Shown here one piece after another: positions 1 to 9,253 of a stretch of 64,000 nt of DNA (positions are counted from its first letter, which is position 1; the number at the start of each line of letters is the position of its first letter). A program made the position numbers and the translations under genes. Source of the stretch: a bacterium. Its GTDB lineage: Bacteria; Patescibacteriota; Minisyncoccia; Phycocordibacterales; Phycocordibacteraceae. The stretch is taken from NCBI GenBank assembly GCA_023269085.1, contig JAHFML010000002.1, positions 65,266 to 129,265 on the forward strand. The letters are read 5' to 3'. The notes beneath the pieces were generated by a model. It worked only from the letters and a program-made list of their open reading frames with translations, made no database searches and was not told the DNA's origin.

Positions 1-396
1 GCGCACCACGGGCTCTTCGCGGTAGAGGTCGCGGGTGAGCGCGACGAGCGCGCGGATGACGACCGCGTCGGCGATAGCACGGTCGCTCCCCATCGCGTGG
101 AATTGTATCGTCGCCTTCTTCTGCGCTGGCCGTCCGGGAGCGATGTTGGTGTGCCAGACAAAGAGCGGTTGGCGCGGCGAGGGTAACTGCTCGAAGTCGC
201 GGCACTGCCGGAGGAAGCTCGCGACCGAGAGCGCCGCCGGGTCGAGCACGAGCCCTTCAGGTAGATCAGGGCGGGCGACCTTCGCGCCGCCGCGCCGCCG
301 CGCCGTGAGCTCGGTAAGCGGGGTGAAGCCGTAATATTGGCCGATGGCGCGTGCCTTGGTGAGAAGCTCTTCGGCTGGGATCGTGTCGCGCGTCAT
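1..396 (-). CDS. hisS: Histidyl-tRNA synthetase-like class II aaRS, N-terminal part (partial; continues past left edge)
   Basis: Manual minus-strand translation: MTRDTIPAEELL...AIGQYYGFTPL...LVLDPAAL...PLFVWHTNIAPGRPAQKKATIQFHAMG, resembling the HisRS N-terminus and motif 2 region (E. coli ...YGY...RYRQFHQLG). ATG at 396-394 overlaps the lepB TGA (ATGA). Not in ORF track because it runs off the edge. Confidence 0.5.
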   Translation of the reverse strand, partial: MTRDTIPAEELLTKARAIGQYYGFTPLTELTARRRGGAKVARPDLPEGLVLDPAALSVASFLRQCRDFEQLPSPRQPLFVWHTNIAPGRPAQKKATIQFHAMGSDRAIADAVVIRALVALTRDLYREEPVVR

Positions 397-989
397 GAGG
401 CGGGTGAGGTGGTCGCCGTTGTTGTCGCTTCTCGTGCCATTGAATAAGTTGCCGCACCAGGGAAGAAGCCCATGAGCGAGACCGGCAAGAGGCGCAGGTC
501 GACGCGGCCGACGATGTCCCCGCGCGGCAAGACGCCCCAGATGCGGCTGTCAGAGCTGTTCGGCCTATTGTCGCCCATGACGAAATATTCGTCCGCGTTC
601 AGCGAGACGCTCTTCGTATACGTTGCGTCTTCGTTCACGATATACGGCTCGGCGAGCGTGAGGCTCTTGCCCGCGACGGTGGTGATAGTCACGAGGCCAT
701 GATTGATAGCGACCGTCTCGCCCGGGAGGCCGATGATGCGCTTGATGTAGAAGATAGAAGGGTTGCCGGGGTAACGGAAGACGATGACTTCGCCGCGTGC
801 GGGTGCCGCGAAGTTGTAGCGGAGCTCGTCGACGATGAGATAGTCGAGATTTTCGAAGGTTGGATGCATCGATTCGCCATCAACGACGAAGGGCGACACG
901 ACGAACAAGCGAATCGGTATAACGACGATGACAATGAGGAAGGCGAGGGTGAAAAGATCCTTCAGTAGACCCTTTCCAGTATCTTGCAT
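393..989 (-). CDS. lepB: Signal peptidase I
   Basis: N-terminal TM, catalytic Ser box GESMHPT, GDNRPNSSDSR box; 198 aa. Confidence 0.8.
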   Translation of the reverse strand: MQDTGKGLLKDLFTLAFLIVIVVIPIRLFVVSPFVVDGESMHPTFENLDYLIVDELRYNFAAPARGEVIVFRYPGNPSIFYIKRIIGLPGETVAINHGLVTITTVAGKSLTLAEPYIVNEDATYTKSVSLNADEYFVMGDNRPNSSDSRIWGVLPRGDIVGRVDLRLLPVSLMGFFPGAATYSMAREATTTATTSPAS

Positions 990-1054
990 GCGTGCATTGT
1001 ACGCGTGTTAAAAATTGCACGCAAGTTTTTCAGCAAATGTGCTACCATGCGCGC

Positions 1055-1651
1055 ATGGCACTCGTCATTGTTGGGCTCGGGAATCCGGGGAAAGAGTACG
1101 AGAAGACGCGGCACAACGCGGGGCGAAGCGTCGTCGAGCTCGTCGCGAAGGCAGAAGCATTTGATGATTTCGTTTTTAATAAAATGAGCAATGCGCTCGT
1201 CGCGAAGGGCGCGGTCGCGGGGGAGAAGGCGACGCTCGTTTTGCCAGAGACGATGATGAATTTGTCGGGCAAGGCGGTGCTGGCGTTCGTGAAGACGCCG
1301 AAGGCCGCAGAGAAGCTGCTCGTCGTCCACGACGACCTCGATTTGCCGCTCGGCACGATCAAGATGGTTTTCGGGCGCGGGAGCGGCGGGCACAAGGGCG
1401 TCGAGAGCATTATGCGCGCGGTGAAGACCAAAGAGTTTGCACGCCTGCGTGTCGGCGTCGCACCAGCGGGGAAGAAGAATCAAGCGAAAAAATTAAAGGA
1501 TGAAGAAAAAGTCATCAAGTTCGTGATAGGGAAGTGGAAGCCCGCTGAAGAAGCCGAGGTGAAAAAAGTTTTGAAAAAAGCGGCCGAAGCCGTGCGCCTC
1601 TTCGCCGCCGACGGCATCGAGGCGGCGATGCTGTTTGCGAATACGAGGTAA
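1055..1651 (+). CDS. pth: Peptidyl-tRNA hydrolase with Lys-rich C-terminal tail
   Basis: MALVIVGLGNPGKEYEKTRHNAG matches the Pth N-terminal signature; start moved to internal ATG 1055 (ORF track starts at 992). Confidence 0.85.
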   Translation: MALVIVGLGNPGKEYEKTRHNAGRSVVELVAKAEAFDDFVFNKMSNALVAKGAVAGEKATLVLPETMMNLSGKAVLAFVKTPKAAEKLLVVHDDLDLPLGTIKMVFGRGSGGHKGVESIMRAVKTKEFARLRVGVAPAGKKNQAKKLKDEEKVIKFVIGKWKPAEEAEVKKVLKKAAEAVRLFAADGIEAAMLFANTR

Positions 1652-1674
1652 GTATCGAAGTCTGACTTCGATAC
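1652..1674. repeat. REP family D palindrome GTATCGAAGTCTGACTTCGATAC (copy 1)
   Basis: 23-nt palindrome immediately 3' of RAYT gene 1681..2391; near-identical copies at 2412-2434 and 3054-3076. Confidence 0.8.
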
Positions 1675-1680
1675 TTCGTG

Positions 1681-2391
1681 TCACCAAGGTTCGAGGGCTA
1701 CAGATGTTAATGACTCGTCATCGGCGTGATATTCGAGATGGCTGGCAAGCAGATCGCGCGCCTCATCCTTGAATGTTTGTACGTCTGGATAAAGCGCACG
1801 TAAGGGCTCGTGTTCGATAATCGGCGATTCTACAATCGAGAGAAACGCGGGGAGGCTGGAGAATTCATACGTGGTCGCCCAATTCCACGCATCATCAAAT
1901 TGTTCGGACGACCGCTTTAATCCGCCCGGGTATAATTCAAGCACGTTCTTGACCTGAATATAGAACGCGAGGTATCTAAGATGCGCATCTTCGGATACGG
2001 TACGACTTCGGTACGCGCCTTGGAACAGACTCCCACGCTCATCATATTTCGCGTTGAAGTGCGCAGTCATGCTTCCGAACACACGCTGCAGAAATTTCGT
2101 CGTTCCGTCTTCACGTATTTCTTCGATAAGGAGATGCACATGGTTGGGCATGAGTGTCCAAGCAAGAATATGAACAAGCGGTTCAGGTTCCGGCCACCAT
2201 TCCGGCCGGAAGAAATCATCGTGTCCCTCGACACTTTTCTTCCAGTTATCGTCATGAAAAGTGTCGTTCATGTAGAACAACAACTTTTGGAAGCGGCGTT
2301 GATCGGAGGCATCACGCGTGATATCCATACCGCGCACCCCACGCTTGGTCACATGCATAATCGAACCGATCCCATACGGCTCTACTCTCAT
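1681..2391 (-). CDS. IS200/IS605-family Y1 (HuH) transposase, REP-associated tyrosine transposase (RAYT)-like
   Basis: LMPNHVHLLIEE (HuH motif), GSLFQGAYRSR, LRYLAFYI tyrosine helix; flanked on both sides by REP-D palindromes. Confidence 0.75.
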   Translation of the reverse strand: MRVEPYGIGSIMHVTKRGVRGMDITRDASDQRRFQKLLFYMNDTFHDDNWKKSVEGHDDFFRPEWWPEPEPLVHILAWTLMPNHVHLLIEEIREDGTTKFLQRVFGSMTAHFNAKYDERGSLFQGAYRSRTVSEDAHLRYLAFYIQVKNVLELYPGGLKRSSEQFDDAWNWATTYEFSSLPAFLSIVESPIIEHEPLRALYPDVQTFKDEARDLLASHLEYHADDESLTSVALEPW

Positions 2392-2407
2392 ACAGTCAAT
2401 TGTAGCA

Positions 2408-2438
2408 CGTAGTATCGAAGTCAGACTTCGATACTACG
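2408..2438. repeat. REP family D palindrome (copy 2, extended 31-nt palindrome cgtaGTATCGAAGTCAGACTTCGATACtacg)
   Basis: Seen directly; lies between the RAYT start and the 3' end of hydrolase gene 2421..3023. Confidence 0.8.
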
Positions 2439-3023
2439 GATATCGGCGATAAGCTCGGGAAAGGTCTCTTGGTTGAAGTGTTGGCGATCTTCGAATACGC
2501 GAGCGGTCGCGTTCGGCAGGGCGGCTTGATATTTTTGTAGTTCAGAAAATGGCACGACAGGATCATCTTTGCTGTGGTAGAGGAATACATGTCCGCTTTG
2601 TTGTTCGAAGAGTGCGAGCGAAGAAGGGGCAGCGAATTCACTCGTCATGTCTTCCATATCAGTCGAGTACGCGCCGGCGACGATGAAGGTCGCTCTGATG
2701 CGTTTCGATACCTGTTCCTCCGAGAGATAGCGAACAAGGAAGCTGGCGCCGAGCGAATGACCGACGAGAATAAGATTGTCGTCGAGAAGCGGGAGAATCT
2801 TCTTGAAGAGGAGCGCCCATTCGGCATACTGCGCGTCTGAAGCATTCGGCATACGCGGAGCGAGCACATCGTATTCTGTGCCAAGCGTTTCTTGGAGTCG
2901 AGCCTTCCAGTCTGAGTGGAATCGATAACGATCAAGATCAATCTTTCGATTCTGTAAATCAGAGAGATATGCTTCGTGGGTCAGGAATGTGTTTCCGCCA
3001 TGAATGACTACGATTTGTTGCAT
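2421..3023 (-). CDS. Alpha/beta-hydrolase fold serine hydrolase (RBBP9/YdeN-like)
   Basis: GHSLG nucleophile elbow; 200 aa; MQQIVVIHGG N-terminus typical of this small esterase family. Confidence 0.65.
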   Translation of the reverse strand: MQQIVVIHGGNTFLTHEAYLSDLQNRKIDLDRYRFHSDWKARLQETLGTEYDVLAPRMPNASDAQYAEWALLFKKILPLLDDNLILVGHSLGASFLVRYLSEEQVSKRIRATFIVAGAYSTDMEDMTSEFAAPSSLALFEQQSGHVFLYHSKDDPVVPFSELQKYQAALPNATARVFEDRQHFNQETFPELIADIRSIEV

Positions 3024-3053
3024 GAGGTGAGTATAGCAGATTATTTCTTACAA

Positions 3054-3076
3054 GTATCGAAGTCAGACTTCGTTAC
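3054..3076. repeat. REP family D palindrome (copy 3, one mismatch)
   Basis: GTATCGAAGTCAGACTTCGTTAC between the hydrolase start and rpsA stop. Confidence 0.75.
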
Positions 3077-4197
3077 TTCTTCTTCCCCGCGAAGGTGAGC
3101 GTCATGCGCTGATCCTTCGGCTCGAAGAGCGTGATGGTGAAGGGATACGTCCGGCCGAGCTCAAGCGTCTCGCGGAGCTCGACAGGCGAGGCGAATTCGC
3201 TCACGTGCACGAGACCTGCGACGCCCTCTTCTATCGAGGCGAGCGCGCCGTGCTTGTTGTACTTGATCACGACGCCCGGCACCTCCTTGCCCTTGCTGTA
3301 GCGGGCGGCGGCAGTGTGCCACGGATTCTCCTTGAGTGCTTTGACCGAGAGCGAGACCTTGCCCTCCTTGATCTCGATAATCTTTACGCGCAACTTGTCG
3401 CCAACCTTGACGAGCGCATGCGGATCTTCGACGAGACCCCAGTCGAGCTCGCTGATGTGTACGAGGCCTTCGAGCCCGGGCTCGAGCTTCACGAAGACGC
3501 CGAAGTCGACGATACCCGTCACCTCACCGGTCGCTGCATCGCCGATCTGATACTTGTCGATGAGCGACGCCTTTTCGCCCGTGTCGTCGCCCATACGCTC
3601 GGAGAAGATGAGCTTACTCTCCTTTGCGTCGGCAGTGATGATGCGCACCGAGAGCGGATGGCCGATGAGTTGCATGAGCTCGCCCAAAATCTTGTCCTTA
3701 TCGCCCTCGGGCACGCGCGGGTAATGTTCGCTCGCGAGCTGGGAGGCAGGGAGGAAGCCCTGTATGCCTTGCCAAGAGAGGATGAGGCCGCCCTTGTTGG
3801 CCTCTTCGACCATGAGCGAATACGGCGTCTGCGCGACGATAGCCTGCTCGGCCTCGCCCCAGAGTGCCGCTTGGCGCGCCTCCTTGAGCGAGAGCTCGAT
3901 ATAGCCGTCGCGACCCGCGGGGTCGACGACTTTCGCGCTTATCGTGTCGCCCGGGTTCGCCTTGCGGAGCACATCGGCGGCGTTCAGATATTCGCGGCCA
4001 TAGATGAGCCCAGAGCCAAAGGGTGGCAGGTCGACATACACGCGCCCGCGGCTGATAGCGATGATAGTACCCTCGACGAGATCGCCCTCCTTGGGCGGCA
4101 TCGGGATGGCGTCGAGCAGGTCGGCCATAGGGTGACCTTCTGCCAAGTGGATAGTGACGACTGGAGCCGCAACCTTCTTTTCCTTCTCTTCTGACAT
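3073..4197 (-). CDS. rpsA: 30S ribosomal protein S1 (short, 4 S1 domains)
   Basis: Repeated S1 domain signatures (GxV..I...GxFV.L..g..GLxHISE); 374 aa. Confidence 0.85.
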   Translation of the reverse strand: MSEEKEKKVAAPVVTIHLAEGHPMADLLDAIPMPPKEGDLVEGTIIAISRGRVYVDLPPFGSGLIYGREYLNAADVLRKANPGDTISAKVVDPAGRDGYIELSLKEARQAALWGEAEQAIVAQTPYSLMVEEANKGGLILSWQGIQGFLPASQLASEHYPRVPEGDKDKILGELMQLIGHPLSVRIITADAKESKLIFSERMGDDTGEKASLIDKYQIGDAATGEVTGIVDFGVFVKLEPGLEGLVHISELDWGLVEDPHALVKVGDKLRVKIIEIKEGKVSLSVKALKENPWHTAAARYSKGKEVPGVVIKYNKHGALASIEEGVAGLVHVSEFASPVELRETLELGRTYPFTITLFEPKDQRMTLTFAGKKK

Positions 4198-4234
4198 ATA
4201 TATAAGCGGCGCGGATTTTCCGAGGCGGTTCTGT

Positions 4235-4251
4235 CCAAGGTCGAACCTTGG
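4235..4251. repeat. REP family A palindrome CCAAGGTCGAACCTTGG (singlet)
   Basis: Seen directly in the intergenic region upstream of rpsA; same core as copies at 8059, 8473, 8979, 9175, 31258, 32574, 37918, 58067, 62193. Confidence 0.85.
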
Positions 4252-4550
4252 AATGCAGGGTTAGCCGACTCCTACTTCTTCGCACGCGATGAGGGGAGTG
4301 TAGCACAGAGCGTATAAAAGCTAAAGGACCTTCTTGACGAAGGTCCAGTCCTATAGAGCCGGTTGTTGGTCAGGTCGCCGCCGCGCCCAGGGTGGTCAGG
4401 CTGGCCATAGTCGGAGGCCCCGTGAGGCCGAAGCTAGAAGTGCGCATGTCGTTCTCCTTGAACGATTGAGGGCGGGTTTGCAGACGCGCCTACCAAACAA
4501 AAACAATCGGAAAGAGCGTCTGCAGGGACTATAGCAGAACGGGTGAGAAA

Positions 4551-5210
4551 ATGGTAGACTATTCCCATATGGTCATCACGCATCACGGCGGGCAGTGCTT
4601 CAAGGTGACGCTCGGCGACCTCACGCTCGTCTTCGATCCCATCGCGAAGGGCGGCACGCTCCCGCCCGTGCGCTTCGGCGCGGACATCGCACTCGTCTCG
4701 CGCGATCACCCTGACATGAACGGCGTCGCTGAAGTCGCGTATGGCGACAAAGTGCCCTTCGCCATAACCGGCCCCGGCGAATACGAGAAGCAAGGCGTCG
4801 TTATCCAAGGCTTCTTGTCGCACAGCAAATACGGGCTCGCGAAGGGGCAGGAGCAGGCCGTCAACACCATATATAGTGTCGAGCTCGAGGACATGACGCT
4901 CGTGCATCTCGGCGCGCTCGCAGAGCCGGAGCTCTCGAAGGAGGCGCGCGAAGGGCTCGGCGAGATCGATGTACTCTTCGTGCCAGTCGGCGGTGATGGT
5001 GTCCTCACACCGGCGCAGGCGCACGAGCTCGCCGTCTCGCTCGAGCCGAAGATAATCATCCCGATGCATTGGGACGGTCTTGGCGCGCCGCAGTCGCTCG
5101 ACATGTTCTTGAAAGAAGCGGGGAACGGGAGCGAGCGCGTCGATAAGTTGACCCTGAAGAAAAAGGATCTTATCGGCCGCGATGGGAGTATACTGGTGGT
5201 AACCCAATAA
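4551..5210 (+). CDS. Metallo-beta-lactamase-fold metal-dependent hydrolase (UPF0173-like)
   Basis: MBL-fold motifs HxHxDH-like (ITHHGGQCF), 219 aa, typical small MBL hydrolase architecture. Confidence 0.6.
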   Translation: MVDYSHMVITHHGGQCFKVTLGDLTLVFDPIAKGGTLPPVRFGADIALVSRDHPDMNGVAEVAYGDKVPFAITGPGEYEKQGVVIQGFLSHSKYGLAKGQEQAVNTIYSVELEDMTLVHLGALAEPELSKEAREGLGEIDVLFVPVGGDGVLTPAQAHELAVSLEPKIIIPMHWDGLGAPQSLDMFLKEAGNGSERVDKLTLKKKDLIGRDGSILVVTQ

Positions 5211-5214
5211 TTTT

Positions 5215-5556
5215 ATGAAAACAATCTTCCAACACATTGATACAGTCCGCGAGAAGCCGCATCACGTACGCAAGCAGATTGCCTTCGGTCTTGCCGGCGG
5301 TATCACCACTATCATCGCGCTCGTGTGGCTCACCGCGAGTGCGGCGACCGGCACCTTCGCTATCAAGACACCGACATTCCCCGGTGCAGAGGCGCAGCCA
5401 GCTGTCATAACGACGACGCCTGAGGGTAACCCGAATCTCGCTGGCGCCGCCGCCGCGACCGACAAGAAATCCCCGATACACATCGAGATCGTCAATACCG
5501 CGACAACAACGCCCGTTGACCCGAGGGGCGCCGAGCAGACCGTTCTCCCATTCTAG
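5215..5556 (+). CDS. Hypothetical membrane-anchored protein (N-terminal TM, Thr/Pro-rich tail)
   Basis: ORF with one hydrophobic helix LAGGITTIIALVWL; no recognizable domain. Confidence 0.4.
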   Translation: MKTIFQHIDTVREKPHHVRKQIAFGLAGGITTIIALVWLTASAATGTFAIKTPTFPGAEAQPAVITTTPEGNPNLAGAAAATDKKSPIHIEIVNTATTTPVDPRGAEQTVLPF

Positions 5557-5574
5557 TTTCGAGAGATATTCATC

Positions 5575-8052
5575 ATGGCACGTGGGAAGGAAGATATGAA
5601 TAAAGACGCACCGACGCCAGTCGTGGTGAACATCATCGACCAGCCGATTGTTGCCGAGATGCGCACCTCGTATATCGACTATGCCATGTCGGTCATCACG
5701 AACCGCGCCCTGCCCGACGTGCGCGATGGATTGAAGCCGGTGCATCGCCGCATCCTCTACGCGATGAAGGAGCTCGGCCTCATGCCAGGAGCGAAGTTTA
5801 GGAAGAGCGCGCTCGTGGTCGGCGACGTGCTCGGTAAGTATCACCCGCACGGCGACATCGCCGTCTACGACTCGATGACGAAGATGGCGCAGGAGTTCTC
5901 GCATCGTTACCCGCTCGTTCTCGGTCAAGGCAACTTCGGATCTATCGACGGCGACTCACCGGCCGCGATGCGCTACACCGAGGCCAAACTCTCGCGCGTT
6001 GCCGAGGCCTTGCTCGCCGACCTCGACAAAGAGACTGTCGCCTGGAACCCGAACTATGACGCGACGCGCGACGAGCCCTCGGTGCTCCCCTCGGCGCTCC
6101 CGAACTTGCTCTTGAACGGGACACTCGGCATTGCGGTCGGCATGGCGACCAATATCCCGCCGCACAACCTGCGCGAGGTCGTCGCCGCGACGGTGCATCT
6201 CATCGAGAATCCAGACGCGACGACCGAGGATCTGCTCCAATTCGTCAAGGGCCCCGACTTCCCGCTCGGGGGTGTCGCCTTCAATCAGGCCGACATCCGC
6301 CATGCATATAGCTCGGGCAAGGGGCCGGTGGTCGTGCGCGGCGAGGCCGAGATAGTCGATGACGGCAAGAAGGACACGAAGATCATCATCACCTCGATCC
6401 CGTACCGCGTGAACAAGAGCGACATGATAGCGCGCATCGCCGATCTCGTACAGGAGAAGAAGATCGAGGGCATCCGCGACTTGCGCGACGAGTCGACAAG
6501 CGACATCCGCGTCGTCGTCGAGCTGAAGGGCACGGCGCATCCGCAGGCCGTTTTGAATGCGCTCTACAAGCACACCGAGCTTGAGAGCACCTTCCACTAC
6601 AACATGCTCGCGCTTGTCGAGGGCGTCCCCGAGATGCTCTCGCTCCAAGGGATGCTCACGCATTTCGTCGCGCATCGGCAGGAGGTGGTGAAGCGCCGCA
6701 CCGAGTTCGACTTGCGCCAAGCCGAGGCGCGCGAGCACATCCTCCTCGGCCTCTGCAAGGCGCTCGATCATATCGACGAAGTCATCGCGATAATCAAGAA
6801 GTCGGCTGATGTCCCGACGGCGAGCCAAGCGCTCCAGAAGAAATTCGGTTTTTCAATACTCCAAGCCGCCGCTATCCTCGAGATGCGTCTCTCCAAGCTC
6901 GCTGGCCTCGAACGCAAGAAGCTTGAGGACGAGCTCACCGAAGTGCAGGCTTTGATAAAGAAACTGAAAGAGATTCTCTCATCGGCGAAGAATATTCTCG
7001 CGGTGGTGAAGAGCGAGCTCGAGGAGTTGGCGCAGAAGTATGGCGACGATCGGCGCACGCGCATCGTGAAGGGCGGCGTGCAGAATATCTCGGTCGAGGA
7101 TCTCGTCCCCGACGAAGACTCGATGCTCCTTCTCACCCAAGGCGGCTATGTGAAGCGCACCAACCCTGACGAATACAAGAGCCAGAAGCGCGGTGGCGTG
7201 GGCGTCGTCGACATTGCGACCAAGGAGGAGGACGCGGTCACGCACTTCCTCGTTACGTCGGCGCACAGCGACCTACTCTTCTTCACCGACTTCGGCAAGG
7301 CGTATCAGATAAAAATGTATGAATTGCCCGAGGGGCGCCGTGCGACCAAGGGCAAGAGCATCATGAACTTCCTCTCGCTCGCGGGTGAAGAGAAGGTGAC
7401 CTCTATTCTGCCGGTTCCCAAAGGAGCCGCACTCGATGCGACGACGGTCGTCTTCGTGACCGAGCAGGGTGTGGTCAAGCGCGTCGCGGCCAAGGCCTTC
7501 GCGGATGTCCGCCGCTCGGGCATCATCGCAATAAATCTGAAGGACGGCGACAAGCTTGTGTCGGCCCATCGCGCGAATGAGGGCGACACGGTCTCGATAG
7601 TCACGGCGAAAGGGCAGTCGATCCGCTTCGACGTCGAGGAGACGCGCGAGATGGGTCGCACCGCGGGCGGGGTCAAGGGCATGAGCGTCAAGAAGGGCGA
7701 CCGCGTCGTCTCGGCCGAGGTTGTCCCTGCCGAGAAGGCGAAGGGCGCGTCACTCCTTGTCATTATGAGTAAGGGTTACGGCAAGCGCACGAAGATGAGC
7801 GAATATAAGGTACAAGGCCGCGGCGGCTCCGGTATCAAGACCGCCGATGTCACGCCGAAGACAGGCGAGATCATCGGCGCGAAGGTGGTCACGACAGACC
7901 TCGACGACGAAGAGATCGTCGTCATCTCGAAGAAGGGGCAGGTTATCCGCACGGGCGTCGCGACCATTTCGCTCCTCTCGCGCGCGACGCAGGGCGTCCG
8001 CATCATGCGCCTCTATGAGGGCGACAGTATCGCCTCCCTCGCCGCGCTGTAA
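5575..8052 (+). CDS. gyrA: DNA gyrase subunit A
   Basis: [20 protein letters not shown], active-site MRYTEAKL, C-terminal beta-pinwheel repeats; 825 aa. Confidence 0.95.
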   Translation: MARGKEDMNKDAPTPVVVNIIDQPIVAEMRTSYIDYAMSVITNRALPDVRDGLKPVHRRILYAMKELGLMPGAKFRKSALVVGDVLGKYHPHGDIAVYDSMTKMAQEFSHRYPLVLGQGNFGSIDGDSPAAMRYTEAKLSRVAEALLADLDKETVAWNPNYDATRDEPSVLPSALPNLLLNGTLGIAVGMATNIPPHNLREVVAATVHLIENPDATTEDLLQFVKGPDFPLGGVAFNQADIRHAYSSGKGPVVVRGEAEIVDDGKKDTKIIITSIPYRVNKSDMIARIADLVQEKKIEGIRDLRDESTSDIRVVVELKGTAHPQAVLNALYKHTELESTFHYNMLALVEGVPEMLSLQGMLTHFVAHRQEVVKRRTEFDLRQAEAREHILLGLCKALDHIDEVIAIIKKSADVPTASQALQKKFGFSILQAAAILEMRLSKLAGLERKKLEDELTEVQALIKKLKEILSSAKNILAVVKSELEELAQKYGDDRRTRIVKGGVQNISVEDLVPDEDSMLLLTQGGYVKRTNPDEYKSQKRGGVGVVDIATKEEDAVTHFLVTSAHSDLLFFTDFGKAYQIKMYELPEGRRATKGKSIMNFLSLAGEEKVTSILPVPKGAALDATTVVFVTEQGVVKRVAAKAFADVRRSGIIAINLKDGDKLVSAHRANEGDTVSIVTAKGQSIRFDVEETREMGRTAGGVKGMSVKKGDRVVSAEVVPAEKAKGASLLVIMSKGYGKRTKMSEYKVQGRGGSGIKTADVTPKTGEIIGAKVVTTDLDDEEIVVISKKGQVIRTGVATISLLSRATQGVRIMRLYEGDSIASLAAL

Positions 8053-8058
8053 TTTTGT

Positions 8059-8075
8059 CCAAGGTTCGACCTTGG
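8059..8075. repeat. REP family A palindrome CCAAGGTTCGACCTTGG (with conserved 5' flank TTTTGTCCAAGG)
   Basis: Seen directly, just after the gyrA stop. Confidence 0.85.
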
Positions 8076-8088
8076 AGTCGGGCGCATT

Positions 8089-8409
8089 GTGTGGTATCGT
8101 GCTCCTCGTTCTAACAACCCGAGGAGTTCTTTCATGAGACTTGGATATTTAATCATTTCCCCGAACGGATGTTCTTGTAACGTTCTTACGGAAGCGCCAG
8201 AAGGTGTCACGGTTGATTTGGAAGGTGGGAAGTGGAGATACGAATACGCTCACCACAAACAGGACGAGTTAATCGGCCATGGGTGCTATTTCGACAGGAC
8301 ATGGTCAGGCATGCTCATTGGTGTTTATGACCTCGACAATACTAAGCAGATCAACTCGATGGTTCGTGATGCCGTTGAGGCGCACAATGACCGTTCGGAT
8401 GCCGATTGA
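8089..8409 (+). CDS. Hypothetical small protein between two REP-A copies
   Basis: ORF only; Cys/His containing; no recognizable domain; may start at internal Met. Confidence 0.3.
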   Translation: MWYRAPRSNNPRSSFMRLGYLIISPNGCSCNVLTEAPEGVTVDLEGGKWRYEYAHHKQDELIGHGCYFDRTWSGMLIGVYDLDNTKQINSMVRDAVEAHNDRSDAD

Positions 8410-8472
8410 TGTTGGTTTGACACCCGTTTTTATTCTGCGCGCACCTCTGGTGCGCGCGGTTTTCGTTTTTGT

Positions 8473-8489
8473 CCAAGGTTCGACCTTGG
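8473..8489. repeat. REP family A palindrome (same 24-nt TTTTGTCCAAGGTTCGACCTTGGA as copy at 8054)
   Basis: Seen directly, adjacent to RAYT gene end at 8491. Confidence 0.85.
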
Positions 8490-8490
8490 A

Positions 8491-9150
8491 TTAATCAGGG
8501 GCGTAGGTAAGCCACTCGGTGACGAGCTCTTTAAACTCCATGCCAGAATCGAAATATCCAGGCAAGGCATTGGCGGTGAGGATGATATTCTCGGCACGCG
8601 TCTCGCCGAGATAATCGCGATAGCTTGATGGCGCGTATTGCGCGAGATATCGTTCTGCGGCCGCGCGGTCTCTGATCCCCGTCTCTTTCCATTTCTGTTC
8701 GATAATCTTCACTGGGTTGAGATGAATATACGAAACGAGATAGCGCAAATAACGGTCATCCGCGACATGAGTTGCCTTGAACTTCCCTTGGAAGAGGGAG
8801 CCGTTCCGGTCGTTCTTCTTATTGAAATACATCGTATAACCGGTAGTGAGCTTCTGCATGAACTTGCTGATGCCGCCTTCTTGAAGCTCGCGCACGAGGA
8901 GATGGAAATGGTTTGGCATAAGGCAGTACGCAGCAATCTCGACGAGCGGTTCTCCTTCTCGTTTTCCCACCAACTCGTCCAAGGTTCGACCTTGGAGTTT
9001 TAGAACGACAGGAGTGCTTTGGTTCGCAAAATAGAGAAGAGCAAGGAAGCGACGGTAGTCACTTTTGTCTAAGAAGACTTTCCGTTTCTCGGTGCCGCGA
9101 TTGTAAATGTGGTAGTACTCTTCTGGCGCGAATGCGAATGTTCGTTGCAT
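8491..9150 (-). CDS. IS200/IS605-family Y1 transposase, RAYT-like (second paralog), carrying an in-frame REP-A copy
   Basis: YCLMPNHFHLLVRE HuH motif, GSLFQGKFKAT, LRYLVSYI; REP-A at 8979-8995 lies inside the ORF and encodes ...KLQGRTLDEL... Confidence 0.8.
   Translation of the reverse strand: MQRTFAFAPEEYYHIYNRGTEKRKVFLDKSDYRRFLALLYFANQSTPVVLKLQGRTLDELVGKREGEPLVEIAAYCLMPNHFHLLVRELQEGGISKFMQKLTTGYTMYFNKKNDRNGSLFQGKFKATHVADDRYLRYLVSYIHLNPVKIIEQKWKETGIRDRAAAERYLAQYAPSSYRDYLGETRAENIILTANALPGYFDSGMEFKELVTEWLTYAPD
8979..8995. repeat. REP family A palindrome inside RAYT coding sequence
   Basis: CCAAGGTTCGACCTTGG within ORF 8491..9150, frame preserved. Confidence 0.8.
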
Positions 9151-9174
9151 AACACTCGAAGTGTAGCATTATTT

Positions 9175-9191
9175 CCAAGGTCGAACCTTGG
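9175..9191. repeat. REP family A palindrome (opposite orientation, CCAAGGTCGAACCTTGG)
   Basis: Seen directly just upstream of the RAYT start. Confidence 0.85.
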
Positions 9192-9253
9192 AAAACTTGC
9201 GAGAGGTGTTGATTGCGCGCGACCGAAGGTCGCGCGCATGGTATTTTATACCC

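Noticed and set aside
35-334. ORF 35..334 (+) at the left edge
   Set aside because: The opposite strand over the same region translates to a HisRS-like sequence coupled (ATGA) to lepB; the + ORF is Ala/Arg-rich noise.
3205-4194. Long + strand ORF (329 aa) antisense to rpsA, and similar long antisense ORFs (4434-5237, 5170-5928, 5956-6828, 20418-21560, 21606-22574, 53814-55253, 61150-62136)
   Set aside because: Each lies wholly inside a well-supported gene on the opposite strand. They are Arg/Ala-rich low-complexity translations typical of high-GC antisense frames, with no motifs.
4350-4440. SRP (4.5S) RNA candidate based on GGUCAGG-containing stretch
   Set aside because: The conserved domain IV motif (GGAAG…AGCAGCC, GNRA tetraloop context) could not be found on either strand; left only as an unassigned region.
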